A stretch of 62,717 nt of DNA, the filler included, from Bonamia ostreae (Eukaryota): the NCBI GenBank assembly GCA_040357525.1. It is 11 parts of 11 records of this genome, joined end to end, with 100 filler letters (N's around TTAATTAATTAA, not from the genome) between each part and the next. Parts side by side here need not be neighbours in the genome. Positions count along the whole stretch, not along the records: positions 1 to 5,665 come from JBDODL010000171.1; positions 5,766 to 11,423 come from JBDODL010000172.1; positions 11,524 to 17,177 come from JBDODL010000173.1; 8 more parts are not named here. One strand, 5' to 3'. Every line of letters starts with the position of its first letter. Position 1 is the first letter of the stretch. Position numbers and translations under genes: made by a program. The notes beneath the pieces are model-generated. The model made no database searches, was not told the origin of the DNA, and saw only the letters and a program-made list of their open reading frames with translations. Positions 1 through 11,635 of this stretch are shown here, in pieces.

Positions 1-61
1 GAAAACAAAAATTCGCAAATTAAAATTTGCAGAAAACAAAAATTCGCAAAATATCAAAATT

Positions 62-1558
62 CTAATCAAAAACGACCTCCCAAACCAAAACAACGTCTTT
101 CGCTTCTTCCACAAACTCATCCTCAGTGCTCTCCTCGCCCTCTCCAACACGTTCCTCGCGCCAGCGAATGCGCTGAAGCATCAGACGCTTAAATTTCCGC
201 AGCCCGCTCGGCCCGCCCTCCACAAGAACGACGCAGCCGCGCGGCGCGATGGCGCCCACGCCCGTCAAATTCAGCTGGGCCGCGGAAACGTCGACTTTGA
301 AGCGAGAGCGCCCGTCCGAAAGCGATTTTATCGCGAACAAAGCCGCATCGACGCCGTTCCCCGTCGGCTCCATCGCTTTGCGCCGCTTCTTCTGCCTGCG
401 TTCCCCGGGCGTCAGCTTCCTCGTTTCGTTCTGCAGAAGGTGCGCCATCCGCCTTCTCTCCACCTTCGCTTTGACTTGCCGTTCGACGGCCGAAGGATCT
501 TGCACAGCCGAGTTTCCCAGGACGCGCATGACGTTGGCGAGGCTCACTCTGGCGTCCGGTGGCTCTTCTAACCCGAGTCGGACGCGTTCTGCTTGCACTT
601 CTAGTTTGGCGCGCTTCCTCATCCGCCGAGCTTTCTTCTTCTCTCTGTCGGTGAGGAACAGGGGGACCGGGTCGACGTTTCTTCGCGCGAGGAGGGGCTT
701 GACCGGAGGAGGATGTTGGACCAGATTTGTGATCATCTCTCCGCGCGCGTTGTCTTTGCCGCGCGAGTAGTGCGGTTGATGGATCAGTTCTCCGTCCCAC
801 CATTCCACGGCGAGAGCGGCTTTGCTCTTCAGTTTTTCGAGAAATCCGTCTTTTTTCGTGTTTTCGCCGAAGACTTGTGTTTTTAGTTCGGCTTCGCTGT
901 TCTCCGCTTTTAGCAGATTTTCCGACTGCTCAAAGTATTTAAACTCCTCGTCCGTTTCGGCCTCCTCGACGTTGTCTTCTTGTTTCGCCATGCTTTTGGA
1001 GAGGATCTTTGCTCGCATCGTGTGCGCCCGCTTTTCGTACGTCCCGGGCTTGACCATCTCCAAGGTTCTTCTCTTCCGAACTTGAGATTTCCGCGAATGG
1101 AAGGCCACCTCCGGGTCGAAGAAGGACGAGGAAGTTTGCCCGGAAAGAGAGCTCAGCGCTGCTTCGTTCGTGAAAATGGCGGTTTCTCTGGCTTTGCCGA
1201 AGTTCGGGTCGTAAGGCCCCTCGAACCTCTCGCGCTCGCTTCCGGGCATCCGCGTTTTGCTGATTCGGTGCGGCGTCTTCTTCGTTTCCGGCTTCTTCTC
1301 GCCGAACGCGTTCGGGAGATTGGAGAAGGCGGACGGCTTTGCGGCGCCGATGGCCTTGTTTCTCGCCGTGATTGTTTTGAGCCGTTTCACAAACGAGGGA
1401 ATGTAGACGTTGGCGAGAAATGGAGAAGGAGGGCTAAATATAGTTTTGATGAACCTTCGCCATTTGAGGTGTCTCGGCGGAACGGGGGATTTCAGCCCCG
1501 ATTGCGACGACTGCTTTTTGTCGTTTTTTGCTGGTTTTGTTTTGATTTTGGCAGCCAT
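62..1558 (-). CDS. PRPF3: U4/U6 snRNP protein Prp3; the 3' end probably continues past an intron near the window start
   Basis: VEWWD, ITNLVQHPPP, LFLTDREKKKARR, RVRLGLEEPPDARVSLANVMRVLG..AVQDPSAVE and RFKVDVSAAQLNLTG...VLVEGGP..LRKFKRLMLQRIRW are Prp3 motifs. Confidence 0.93.
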   Translation of the reverse strand: MAAKIKTKPAKNDKKQSSQSGLKSPVPPRHLKWRRFIKTIFSPPSPFLANVYIPSFVKRLKTITARNKAIGAAKPSAFSNLPNAFGEKKPETKKTPHRISKTRMPGSERERFEGPYDPNFGKARETAIFTNEAALSSLSGQTSSSFFDPEVAFHSRKSQVRKRRTLEMVKPGTYEKRAHTMRAKILSKSMAKQEDNVEEAETDEEFKYFEQSENLLKAENSEAELKTQVFGENTKKDGFLEKLKSKAALAVEWWDGELIHQPHYSRGKDNARGEMITNLVQHPPPVKPLLARRNVDPVPLFLTDREKKKARRMRKRAKLEVQAERVRLGLEEPPDARVSLANVMRVLGNSAVQDPSAVERQVKAKVERRRMAHLLQNETRKLTPGERRQKKRRKAMEPTGNGVDAALFAIKSLSDGRSRFKVDVSAAQLNLTGVGAIAPRGCVVLVEGGPSGLRKFKRLMLQRIRWREERVGEGEESTEDEFVEEAKDVVLVWEVVFD

Positions 1559-1649
1559 TTTGCTCTGGTTTGGCTAAATTTTCAATTTGATTTATAATTT
1601 TAGTCTAACATTTTTGATTTTCTGATTAGTCAAAATTAAATTTAGGCAA

Positions 1650-1770
1650 CAAAAATTATATTTTCGCGTCAAAAATTATATTTTCGCATCAAAAATTATA
1701 GTTTCGCGGCAAAAATTATATTAAATTTTGGAACAAAAATTATATTTTCGCGTCAAAAATTATATTTTTT
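1650..1770. repeat. Tandem ~20-nt repeat (caaaaattatattttcgcgt)
   Basis: About six imperfect copies are directly visible. Confidence 0.85.
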
Positions 1771-1906
1771 GGTTTAAATTTTCGTTCACTCGTTTTATTT
1801 ACAAACGAAAATATAATTTTTGAGCCGTTGCGATACCCAGATTTTACCAGAACGAAAGTATTTTTGAATTTTTGTCAATATTGTTACAAATAAATTAACA
1901 TTTCGT

Positions 1907-2565
1907 TTATTCCTTTTCACATGTAAAAACTGCACAGTTCGTAGCAAGGAGCTCTGGTCGAATATTCGTAACCTGGACAGTCGATATCGTGCCGACACGG
2001 GTATTTCCATCCAGAAGGACCTGCGATTTTTCAATTCGAACCTTTAACAGCGCAAGACCACCCGGTGTAATCCCCACAATATCTCCAACACAATTTCGAC
2101 ACAGGATGGCAGCCCCCGCACGTAAATTGGTCGTGGATTCTCCTTTGGAGATAATCGAAGCACCCTCAGACATTATTTAAGCAAACGGAAAAACTTTCTT
2201 TCGTACCCCACATAGCCCTCTCCCAGAGAAGATCGCTCGGGGTACTCCTGGAACGTCTTAAGGTGGCAAACGGTTTCCGACCCGTCGAGCGAGACCAATT
2301 CGATTATAACCGCCGATTTGTTGGCGACGTAATCAAGGCATCTTTTGTGTATCGCCAACGGGTCGGGACTTCTTCCGAACTTAAAAGAAAGGACTCCTTT
2401 CGTCTCCAACAAATTCTTCGTTGAAGCTAGTTCCGCTCCAGGCAAAATAGTGTAAGTGCAACGAAGGTTGTTTCCACTCACTGATATCGATCCTCCCAAG
2501 CACTCGTTATACGCCGACAAAGAGACCTTTACTAACGCAATGGAAAACAAGAATTCCATTTCCAA
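1907..2565 (-). CDS. Two abutting hypothetical ORFs (130 aa and 88 aa) with a TAATG stop/start overlap
   Basis: ORF track 2173..2565 and 1907..2173; no family recognised. Confidence 0.3.
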
Positions 2566-3020
2566 GCAAGAATGCGATTATTGTGGAAGACGGTAAGTTT
2601 ATAACGGATTGCGGTCATCCACACTGTTCGGTGCCACGTTAAATGGATCGAAGTCGCCTAGATTTGCTCAACTTTTTAACTATTCGAGTCCAGGAGCAAA
2701 GTTTATTGAACGTTTTAACGGCTGAGCCTCCTTTGGCCCTCTTCCAGATTATCTTAAAGGGCCAGTTTGGTCTAATGTTACCAAAGAGAGATATCACATC
2801 AAAATGAATTATGACAGAGTCTATGTTTCTTTATTAACTTGGATTGACGAGATAGTGAAAAGGAGGAAATGGATCGTTATGGATCGTTATGGATCGCATA
2901 TTCATCAAGATATTTTTGATGAAACGAATTTCGAAGTGCAAAGTACTCCGATTTGTGTTGCAACAAATTTTTCTGTATTTTAACGCGCAGATTAAAGTGC
3001 TGCAATTTGTATAAAAAGAT

Positions 3021-5665
3021 TTATGCGGTAGAATGCGGGTGAACGACTCGATGAAAGTCAAAATTTGTGTAAACGGAAACACGCGAGGATTTCCCCGCGA
3101 CAGCTAAAATGGGGTGAATGGGATGAAAAGCCATCGCGGTGATGTCTGTCGAGCGACTTTTTGTCATGTTGTGCAACTGGCGAACCACATGCACTTCTTT
3201 GCCCTCGAAGTCGAACAATTTTATCGACTCTCTCGAAGAGGGACTAACGTTCAGGTTAAAAACCAAGCGAAAATGTCGGCTGTGTCGTGGACAGCGACTA
3301 TGCGCAACGGAGTTTTGTGTTTTATAGTCGCGATTTTTCTGTTGGACAACGAAAAATAAGGCGAATACCGCATGTCTAGAATAACGACCTTCTCGTTCAA
3401 CCCAGCGCACAACAACTTGTTGCCCTTCGAATGCAATTTTATGGCACGGTTCTCGAAGAACTTCTTCGAAAACACAAAACTAAAGTTGCTGAAAAAAACG
3501 GAGGACCTATTCTCAGATCCAAAACTTCGACGTCTCCTCTGTTGGTGCCCAAATAAACGATGGACTCGCTGTCTCTGTCGGGGAACTTTTGTTTACGCGA
3601 TTGAAACCAGAGTCGTCGTGTAAACGCGGTGCCGCAGATTTATCGATTTGACTTTCTTTTCCGTGTCCAAATCCCAAAGACACAATTTGCCATTCGATCC
3701 CGCGAATATCTTTTAACGAACAAAGCATTCATTAATATTTTTGAACTCCATTAAATGTTTTGTGTGAAAGAGTTAACTTTTCTCTCACTCGCCACGGCGT
3801 CTTTTAGACGCATTCGGCGATTTTAAATCTGCCACATCTCTGAGAGACAGTGCCAGGGCGGGAACGCTCGAGCGATTAAAGCCATTGTTGCTATACTCGC
3901 TGCGAAGCCATTGTTTTTATTGCCGTAAAATCAAACGATTTGGTTAGAAAAAGGACGTCTTTCGCACAGCATCGACGAGTCTTTGCTCGGGGCGATGCCG
4001 TCCATAGCCCAAAAGGCGCTTACGAGGCTCTGATAACCAGAACGGTGATAATCTTTCCACACGCGCGCAGTTCCATCGTCTGTTAAATAAAATTCGAGGT
4101 CAACTTGAAGCGGCGATGATCATTTTCGGGTAAAAATTGACAAAGTCGAAATCAGTCGGAAATGTTTTCGTGTTTCCGTTTTTGAACGAGTTCACACTGT
4201 TTTTTCTGTAATCCCAAACACTTTTTGTCGCGTTTTAATTTGATCATGAAAACTTGATAAAATTGTCTTCATCTACTGCTACAAGGTAAGCTTCAAAAGG
4301 ATTGAAACTCATTTTTTTGAATTCCTTTTTCGCGACCGAGAACAACGAGGTCCTGTACCCGATTTTGCGAAATTTGTTCGCTGTTTTGGCGATTAGAGAA
4401 AGTGAAACGGTTTTTAGAGTAGAATTCTTCGACTTCTGCGCTGTCCTCGAAGAACTTTCGCAGAACGTCTGTTCGAGACAGTTCGTTTGCTTCTTCTTTC
4501 GCCAAATCGATGTTTGAATCGAAAACGCTGTTTTGCATCAGAAGCGCGTCCTTTTCCCAATATTTGTATTTGCTGAAGCTTCCAAACAAGTTTTTGTGTT
4601 TATCCTTCGCGAAAAATTGAGCGCAAACGGAGTCCGTTTTTGTTTTCAAGTTTTCTTCGCTGAAAATTTGTGGGATTGCGTAGATAGACTTTTCTTCGTT
4701 TTCTGTTGGTTCCACGCCAATTTTGTGTTTTCTTGGCGTGTTTAGCAAAGACCATTTGTAAAAGTCGAACATTTTGCACTTTTGTAATTTTGAATAAACT
4801 TCTTTCGGCATCGACGCGGTTTTAGACTTTAGTTTGTTGAGGTCGTTGACGGATTTGTAGCAGGGCTTCGAGTCGGCTTCGTTGTTTGCAGACAAATCGT
4901 CAAAGATTTGCCATTTTTCGCCATTTTCTTTCTTTGTTTTAAAAACTGGTCAGATTTAAGTGCGCGCAGAAGCTTTCAGCGCACGAAGATATCCTTCCGA
5001 ATGGGTCGCGTTTCATCCTGTCTATCGTTTCCAGTATTAGCTTAAGTTCTTTCCTCTGCGCCCTCGCAAATTTTGCAGAGTTCTTGTTCGGGAAAACGGG
5101 GGCGCTTTCTGAAACGAAATGCTCTTTGTTTCTGCAAACAAATCTGAACAGAGCGACCAACACTAAAAAACGAACGAGGGGACTGCCGTCTTTGCTACAC
5201 AAGGCGATTTTGTGGCACAAAGAGAAGTCCAAGAAGAAAAAATCGGCGTTTTTGAGCAGCAATTTTGTTCTAGCTAGTTGGCCCAAAGAGTAAACCGACG
5301 CAGCGCGTACCTCTGGATCCGGGTCTTTAAGGAGATTGAGAAGATCGTTGTGAATCGCGCGGTTGTACGCGAGTTCTTTAGAACGAGGGAAAATCTGCCA
5401 CATTTTGTAGAACATCAGAGCGGACCAGCAGCGCAAATTTCTTCCATCAGACATTAAATGTTTTTTCAGCGAAAGGATTCCGCCAATGTTCAAAACTTCC
5501 TAAAAGTTTTATTTCAAACATGAAAGTTCCGGAAACTATCGAAAATGCAAGAAAGTACTATTAAGCAGAGCGTCTTGTGGTGATCGGATTCTTTATTTTT
5601 GCGAATTCGATTTGCAACAATTTTATACAATTTTTATACGATTCAATTTTATGAATTCGATTCGT
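3021..5665 (-). CDS. RPTOR: Raptor/KOG1 (TORC1 subunit), C-terminal HEAT and WD40 part, multi-exon, 5' truncated
   Basis: HEAT motifs DPDPEVRAASVYSLG and DGSPLVR. After removing 20-33 nt introns the WD40 region reads MSFNPFEAYLVAVDEDNFI/VWDY..NSFKNGN/DGTARVWKDY and ends AMAFHPIHPILAVAG. Confidence 0.85.
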
Positions 5666-5765
5666 NNNNNNNNNNNNNNNNNNNNNNNNNNNNNNNNNNN
5701 NNNNNNNNNTTAATTAATTAANNNNNNNNNNNNNNNNNNNNNNNNNNNNNNNNNNNNNNNNNNNN
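5666..5765. other. Artificial contig linker N44-TTAATTAATTAA-N44. It recurs at about 11424, 17178, 22920, 28639, 34357, 40041, 45721, 51393 and 57063.
   Basis: Identical spacer with stops in all frames; intervening contig lengths fall monotonically from about 5658 to about 5570 nt. Confidence 0.97.
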
Positions 5766-5893
5766 GATTAAATCTTTAAGATTTAATCTTTATAAACTCA
5801 GAAAACATTCATTTTTGAGACTCCAATTAAACACAAAATGACAAGTATAAAATCGAAAGAGAGACAGTAGATAAAAAATTTATTTGCGAATAC

Positions 5894-7622
5894 TCAACTC
5901 TTTTTGTTATACGGGAATCGATTGTGGATTCCAGCCCCGAATGACGTCTGTTGTTTCTTCCTAAGAATTTAGTTGAGAACCTTTTCCTGTATTCGACTCG
6001 ACTCGGAAAAGTGGGCATCAAATCGCAGCTTTGCGGAACAGGGTTCTCTTTGAACCAGGGATGCTGCAGTGCTTTTTCGGCCGAAATGCGTCTGCGCGGG
6101 TTGTAGTGCAGCAAACTGCGCAGCAAAGTGAGCCCCATTTCAGATATGATCAATCTGCCGCTGTGGCTCATCACGTTCTTCAAACTCGACCGAAACCTCT
6201 TCGAAGCACAGATCGAGTTCCCGGGGAGACTTTTCAAGCCCGGCCAAACGGAAGTGTTGGGGGTTCCGAGCACTTTGAAGATCTTCTCGATTTGGTCGAG
6301 TTCGCCTTGGCCTTCGAAGAGCACTTTTTTCAAAAGCAGTTCGGCCATAATTGCGCCTGCGGACCACATGTCCACAGAAGTTCCGTATGTTTTGTCGCCG
6401 AGAAGAAGTTCCGGGGCACGGTACCAGAGCGTGATGACGTTCGGGCTGTAATTATGGAGCGGTTCGCCATATTTCCGCGCCATGCCAAAGTCGCAGATTT
6501 TGAGATGGCCTTTGTTGTCGTACAAGAGATTCGAGGTTTTGAGGTCGCGATGCAGAACCCAGTTTTTGTGCATAAATGCGATTCCTTTTAGAAGTTGCTG
6601 CATCAGACATTTCACTTCTGACTAAATTTTCATTGTGCAGATTATTTTAATTTCCAAATGTGCCACAAAAATTTTACTGAAGACGACGCTTTGTTCAAAA
6701 GTTTTTTGCGTTTAGTCGAAAAGATTTTTAGTCGAAAAGATTTTTAGTTCAAAAGATTTTTAGTTGAAAGTTTTTAAATGTTTGTTAATCTCAGTTTGAT
6801 TTATCTCAGTTTGTTAAACTTAAAAATGTCCGGAGCTCAAAACCGGATGTCAATTCGGTCATTTTGAATTTTATTTTAGGTGTGCCGTAATGTCTACGCT
6901 ACAAGGTGCAAACCGAAAAGGCACTGTCTCCTTTCGGAGAAGAAGGTTTTCGAAAAAAGTTTAAAATCGACCCGAATTAAAAATGTTAGTAAAAACGACT
7001 GTGAATGCATTTTGCATGAAGTGCTGCATGACGTGTTTGAGATCATGCTCCATATACTCCATTACCATAAAAACACTTAAAGTAAAAGCTTAAACCCGTT
7101 ATCGAACTTGTCAATGACGACCTCTTTGACATCGACGATGTTTGGGTGTTTGAGAGTCATCAGCAAATTGGTTTCCCGCAGAGCCGTTATTGGGAACCCG
7201 TTTCTGTGGCCCGCTTTAATTTTGACCTTTTTAAGTGCGACTATTTTGCCGGATTTTTTGTGTTCGCCTTGATCTTTTTGGAACGATTTTTGTAAAGTTG
7301 TCGCATCAACAAATTACAAATTTGCAACGCAAACAAAATTGGATTTGTTCGGCGATGCCATTTTGAAATAAAAACGTACACTGCCGTATACGCCTTGGTC
7401 GATGGAGTTAACTCTTCGGTAAACATCGTGGATATCTCTGCAAGAATTGGTCATCGGATTGAACGTTTCTTCTTCTGTGTCGAGAACATTGGTTTCGGGT
7501 GGTTCGGGCGAACTCGAATGTTTGCTAATTTTGGTTTTTTTGAGCTCGTTTGTCAGCTCTTTCGTTTCGGTTTTCTTCGGTTCAAGTTCGTTTTTTCTTT
7601 TGTTCGGATTGCCGTCCGACAT
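5894..7622 (-). CDS. CDK11: Cyclin-dependent kinase, CDK11/CDK10 (PITSLRE-like), 5 exons
   Basis: Spliced product reads IDQGVYGSV, VALKKVK, GFPITALRE, HRDLKTSNLL, DFGMAR, VITLWYRAPELLLG, LMPTFPS. Introns at 7274-7375 and 6622-6996, plus two of 20 nt. Confidence 0.85.
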
Positions 7623-8236
7623 TAATTTCTTTGTTTAGTGGTTTTATATATATAACAAAATGGACAACAGCTTTAATTGACGCATTATTAAAATTCATGC
7701 CGATTAGTGTTGATAAATCTCAACATGCGAACAGTTAATTTTTCTAGAGCAAACTAGATCTCCGTCCCTTATCGCTGTAATCTTTAGCATTCAATTAATC
7801 TCAGCTCTCATCACTTTCCAGATGAAAGAACAGATTTCCATCTCGTCATCTAAATTCTACATTCTCTATCGATTCACTAACGAAGCACGAACTTTCATTC
7901 TCTGGCACTGTCGCTCATCAGAAATATGGCAAATAAATTAAAAAAAATTAATTGACCAATTATGCCACTTTCAAAAAAAATTTTATGTAGATAGATTTCA
8001 AGGGCATTTGTAGCTAGATTGCAAATTGTAGTAAGAAATTGTAATTAGATAATTTGCGATTAAATCCCAAATTAAATTTCAAAACGATTATTTCAATTGA
8101 AAAAAACCAAAATCTGCAAAAATAAAAAACGATCATTTACAAAAAATAAAAATAAAAATTCGACAAAAAAATAAAAAAAATTCTACAAAAATTATCAAAA
8201 AATTCCACAAAAATTATCAAAAAGTAAACAAGACAT

Positions 8237-9354
8237 TTAATTGTTTTTGAACGAATCCAGTTCTGCGTCCAGACTCTCCGCAAACTTTTTTTGTGCTTCC
8301 TCGTCCAGACCACGCGGGACGCCGAACGAGCCAGCCCCGAAAAAACTGCTTTTCCCGTTCATCCCCCGAAACTTGTCGTTTGCTCTTCTCAGCAAAGGAT
8401 TCCTCCGGCCAGCGAAGCCCCTCCGCCAGCGAAGGCCCCTGGTGTACCGAGAGCCCCGTCTGCGAACGACAGATCGGGCCAACCCGTTTTGCGCCGGAAC
8501 ACTAAAATTAAGTTTTGGAACGTGTTCGCACCGAGAGCGTCCACTCCACTGAGCATTTCTATTTTCATCGGACGTCCGTCTACATGCGCCTAAAAAGGAA
8601 ATTGGATTGGTCAATTTGGCGTGTTTTTGATAAAAGCTAATTGTCTGGACAGCGCGTCGACGCGAAGCGACATTGCCGGCGAAGTGTCCAAATTGCCCGA
8701 TTTTTATGTCACTGCGGCCATGTCGCGTCTGTCCGTTCAAACGATCGCGGCATTTGGCCCAAAACGCAATTTCGTTCAACAAAAAAGAGCTAAAATTGTC
8801 TAAAGGAGCTAAATTAAGATTCAAAAGGTCACTAAGATCCGCTAATGAGCTGCAAAAAGTTGTTGGATTTTCACCGGTTCTACAGTTCAAAACAAGTGGT
8901 GTTACAAAAATTCCCAAAAAAAGTATATCTGGCAGAGTGGCGCGGACACAATTAAGGATATCATTTGAGAGGGAAACTTTGTTGTATTTCTTGCAGGCGC
9001 GAATGGCATCTGCTCGGGCGAAGAAAGTGACTTCCGCGGTTCCGAGCGATTTGCCTCGTTTGTCAAAGTGGATACGCGAGTCTTTTATTTTGCCGGCGAT
9101 TTTGAAAATTTCGCGCAAATCCTGAGAAGAGACGTGCGACTCCAAGTCGGAAACAAAGATTTGGGAGCTTGTCTGAAAGGATGGAACCTGTTTAAATGGT
9201 TTCAAAAAACAGTGTTTTTGTTGATTCGTCTGCTTGCGGTCGAAAAGTTTCTGTTGAAATTTCTGCGGCGCGAGCGGTTTTTGGACAGATTGTTTCGTTT
9301 ATTAGAGATCACTTCGGCAAGAGGAATGTTTTTTTGTCTTTCCAAATTGTTCAT
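8237..9354 (-). CDS. ALYREF: mRNA export adaptor ALYREF/Yra1 (RRM protein)
   Basis: RRM IFVSDL...IHFDKRGKSLGTAEVTF...YNK|AHVDGRPMKIEM is restored by removing intron 8590-8977. C-terminal motif AESLDAELDSF. Further introns of 23 nt (near the 5' end) and 20 nt (8502-8521). Confidence 0.88.
8639..8771 (-). ncRNA. Candidate intronic H/ACA snoRNA in the ALYREF intron
   Basis: On the minus strand: hairpin (8711-8770), H box ACATAA (8704-8709), hairpin closed by TGGACA/TGTCCA (8646-8690), then ACA (8642-8644) plus 3 nt. Confidence 0.6.
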
Positions 9355-9778
9355 TTTTGCTAAATTTAATTGTGGTTAGGTTAGATAGTGGTTAGTAAAT
9401 TTCAATATATTCCTATAACTAATATTTAGGGTTGTGGTTTATGGCACTAGTTAATCCATTTGTTGGATAGAAATATTGCCAAATTTAAGGGCACATTTTA
9501 GTTTATTTTTAAAGTTTTTATTTAATGTCCAATAGAAAACTTTTTGGAATTTTTATAATTTAATTTTGCTCCAAATTTTACATTTTTTTTTAAATTTGGC
9601 ATTTTTATAATTTAATTTGGAATTTTTACAATTTAATTTTGCTCCAAATTTTACATTTTTTTTAATTTGGCATTTTTACAATTTAATTTTGCTCCAAATT
9701 TTACATTTTTTTTAATTTGGAATTTTTACAATTTAATTTTTACATTTTTTAAATTTGCATTTTCAAGAAAGATTCTAT

Positions 9779-11423
9779 TTAATTGATCTGAATTAATTCC
9801 CTCATAAATTCTTTAGGCGAAACCACATCTGTCGACCCCGCAATAACATCTCTCGAATATGTTTTCGACACTTCTGAACAACACCTAATTTCTGAATAGC
9901 TCAATCCTCCCGCGACGAAAACTATTATTTTGCACATTTCTTTATTTTTCTTGCGTCTCCCCCTTTTCATCGATTTCTCCGGCGGCGGCTCTTGCACATA
10001 AGGGAAATTTTTCTTCGACAACGTATCTTCACAGATTTCCTTTTTATTAAAAAATGGAGACTTTTAGGACATTTTTAATCTTTGGCTCATATCTAGATAA
10101 ATTCAATTTGCTTTCTTTTTGAATCAGTTTATTTCTTTCTAAAGTCTCGTTGGGAATTTCTTCTGTAGTCCCCTTTGTAAGATTAAAAAAAGTACCAAAA
10201 AAGAAATATTTCTACACGCTTTTTTCTGTTTATTATTTAATTTTGCCGATTCCATTAAAGATTCGATGTCACTTTTTGGCACATTGGCGTAAGAGGTTTG
10301 TAGTATCATTATTAGACGCAATTTCTTCGCAGTACTTAATAACAAATATTTGCAAAATTTCGTGTTGGAATCAGTCAAAAATAATAAGATAAAAAATAAT
10401 CAGTCTCAAAAAATTGTTCAAACAAAATTTGGAAAATTCGGAAAAATAACGTTTAAACAAAAATGGCGAAAAAATCAGAAACAAAAAGCAAAATCGCGAA
10501 GAAAAATATAATAAAAATCACAAAAAATCGCGAAAAATTGCAAAGAAAAAATTTAAAATCACAAAAAATGGCGAAAAAATTGCAAATAAAAAATTTAAAA
10601 TCACAAAAAATGGCGAAAAAATTGCAAATAAAAAATTTAAAANNNNNNNNNNNNNNNNNNNNNNNNNNNNNNNNNNNNNNNNNNNNNNNNNNNNNNNNNN
10701 NNNNNNNNNNNNNNNNNNNNNNNNNNNNNNNNNNNNNNNNNNTCACAAAAAATGGCGAAAAAAATGCAAAGAAAAAATTTAAAATCACAAAAAAATGGCG
10801 AAAAAATTTAAAATCACAAAAAATGGCGAAAAAATTGCAAATAAAAAGTAAAATTGCGAAGAAAAAACAAAATCAAATATAAATAATTTATCGTAAAAAT
10901 TTCATAAAATATCGCAAAAAAAGTTGGAAAGATCGCAAAAAAATTTTGACAATAAAAATTTCAATAAATTAAATTAAAAAACGCAATCGAATCGTCTTTC
11001 ATAAAATTTGCAATTTTTTCAAGGGCTTTTTTCTTCGTGAAGACTTTTCCTCCTTCTTTCAGATTTGTGGCCATGTCTTGTTCGAACTCACTAAGCGCAC
11101 CCAAATTATGTTCCTTGTATTTGTCCATACAAGCTTTTGCAATTGAGATGTTTTTGGAAAAGGATTCGCTTAGTTTTTTGTATTGCGGAGCTTGGTTTAG
11201 AGCTTTGGAGAGATCTTTTAGTTGTTTGTGCGAAGTTTGTTTGATTTTGAGCAACGGATTGTTGGAGACGAATTCTTTGGACTTTTCTGGAATTTCGCGG
11301 ATGACAGTTGCAATGTGAACATCGCTGAACTCATTCCAAATAGGATCGTCTATCAGCATTTGTTTTACCATTTTGTCGCCTTCTTTATATCTTTTTTGTT
11401 CAATAAAATTGTTTTTTGTTGCT
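9779..11423 (-). CDS. SEC1: Sec1/Munc18 family protein, C-terminal part, 5' truncated
   Basis: DPIWNEFSDVHIA, LSKALNQAPQY, EQDMAT, KLRLIMI and IIVFVAGGLSYSEIRC..EVS...DVIAGST. A long intron contains tandem repeats. Confidence 0.88.
10460..10870. repeat. Intronic ~39-nt minisatellite spanning an assembly gap
   Basis: Repeated aaatcacaaaaaatggcgaaaaaattgcaaataaaaaattta units; the ORFs here are repeat artefacts. Confidence 0.85.
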
Positions 11424-11635
11424 NNNNNNNNNNNNNNNNNNNNNNNNNNNNNNNNNNNNNNNNNNNNTTAATTAATTAANNNNNNNNNNNNNNNNNNNNN
11501 NNNNNNNNNNNNNNNNNNNNNNNCAAACAGAAGAAAGAATCCCTTCTCTGCACGAAATTGTGTTCATCAATTTGGTGGCTCTTCCAGTTATCAAATTTAA
11601 CGCATTTGTCTTTTTATTAATTTGAAAATTTGATT

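Noticed and set aside
189-1597. Long antisense or overlapping ORFs over PRP3 and similar GC-rich genes
   Set aside because: These are shadow ORFs expected from codon bias, with no recognisable motifs.
4293-4410. Apparent frameshift at an A7 run in Raptor (programmed frameshift or sequencing error)
   Set aside because: A 28-nt upstream intron (gtttcactttctctaatcgccaaaacag, with a CTAAT branch site) restores the frame.
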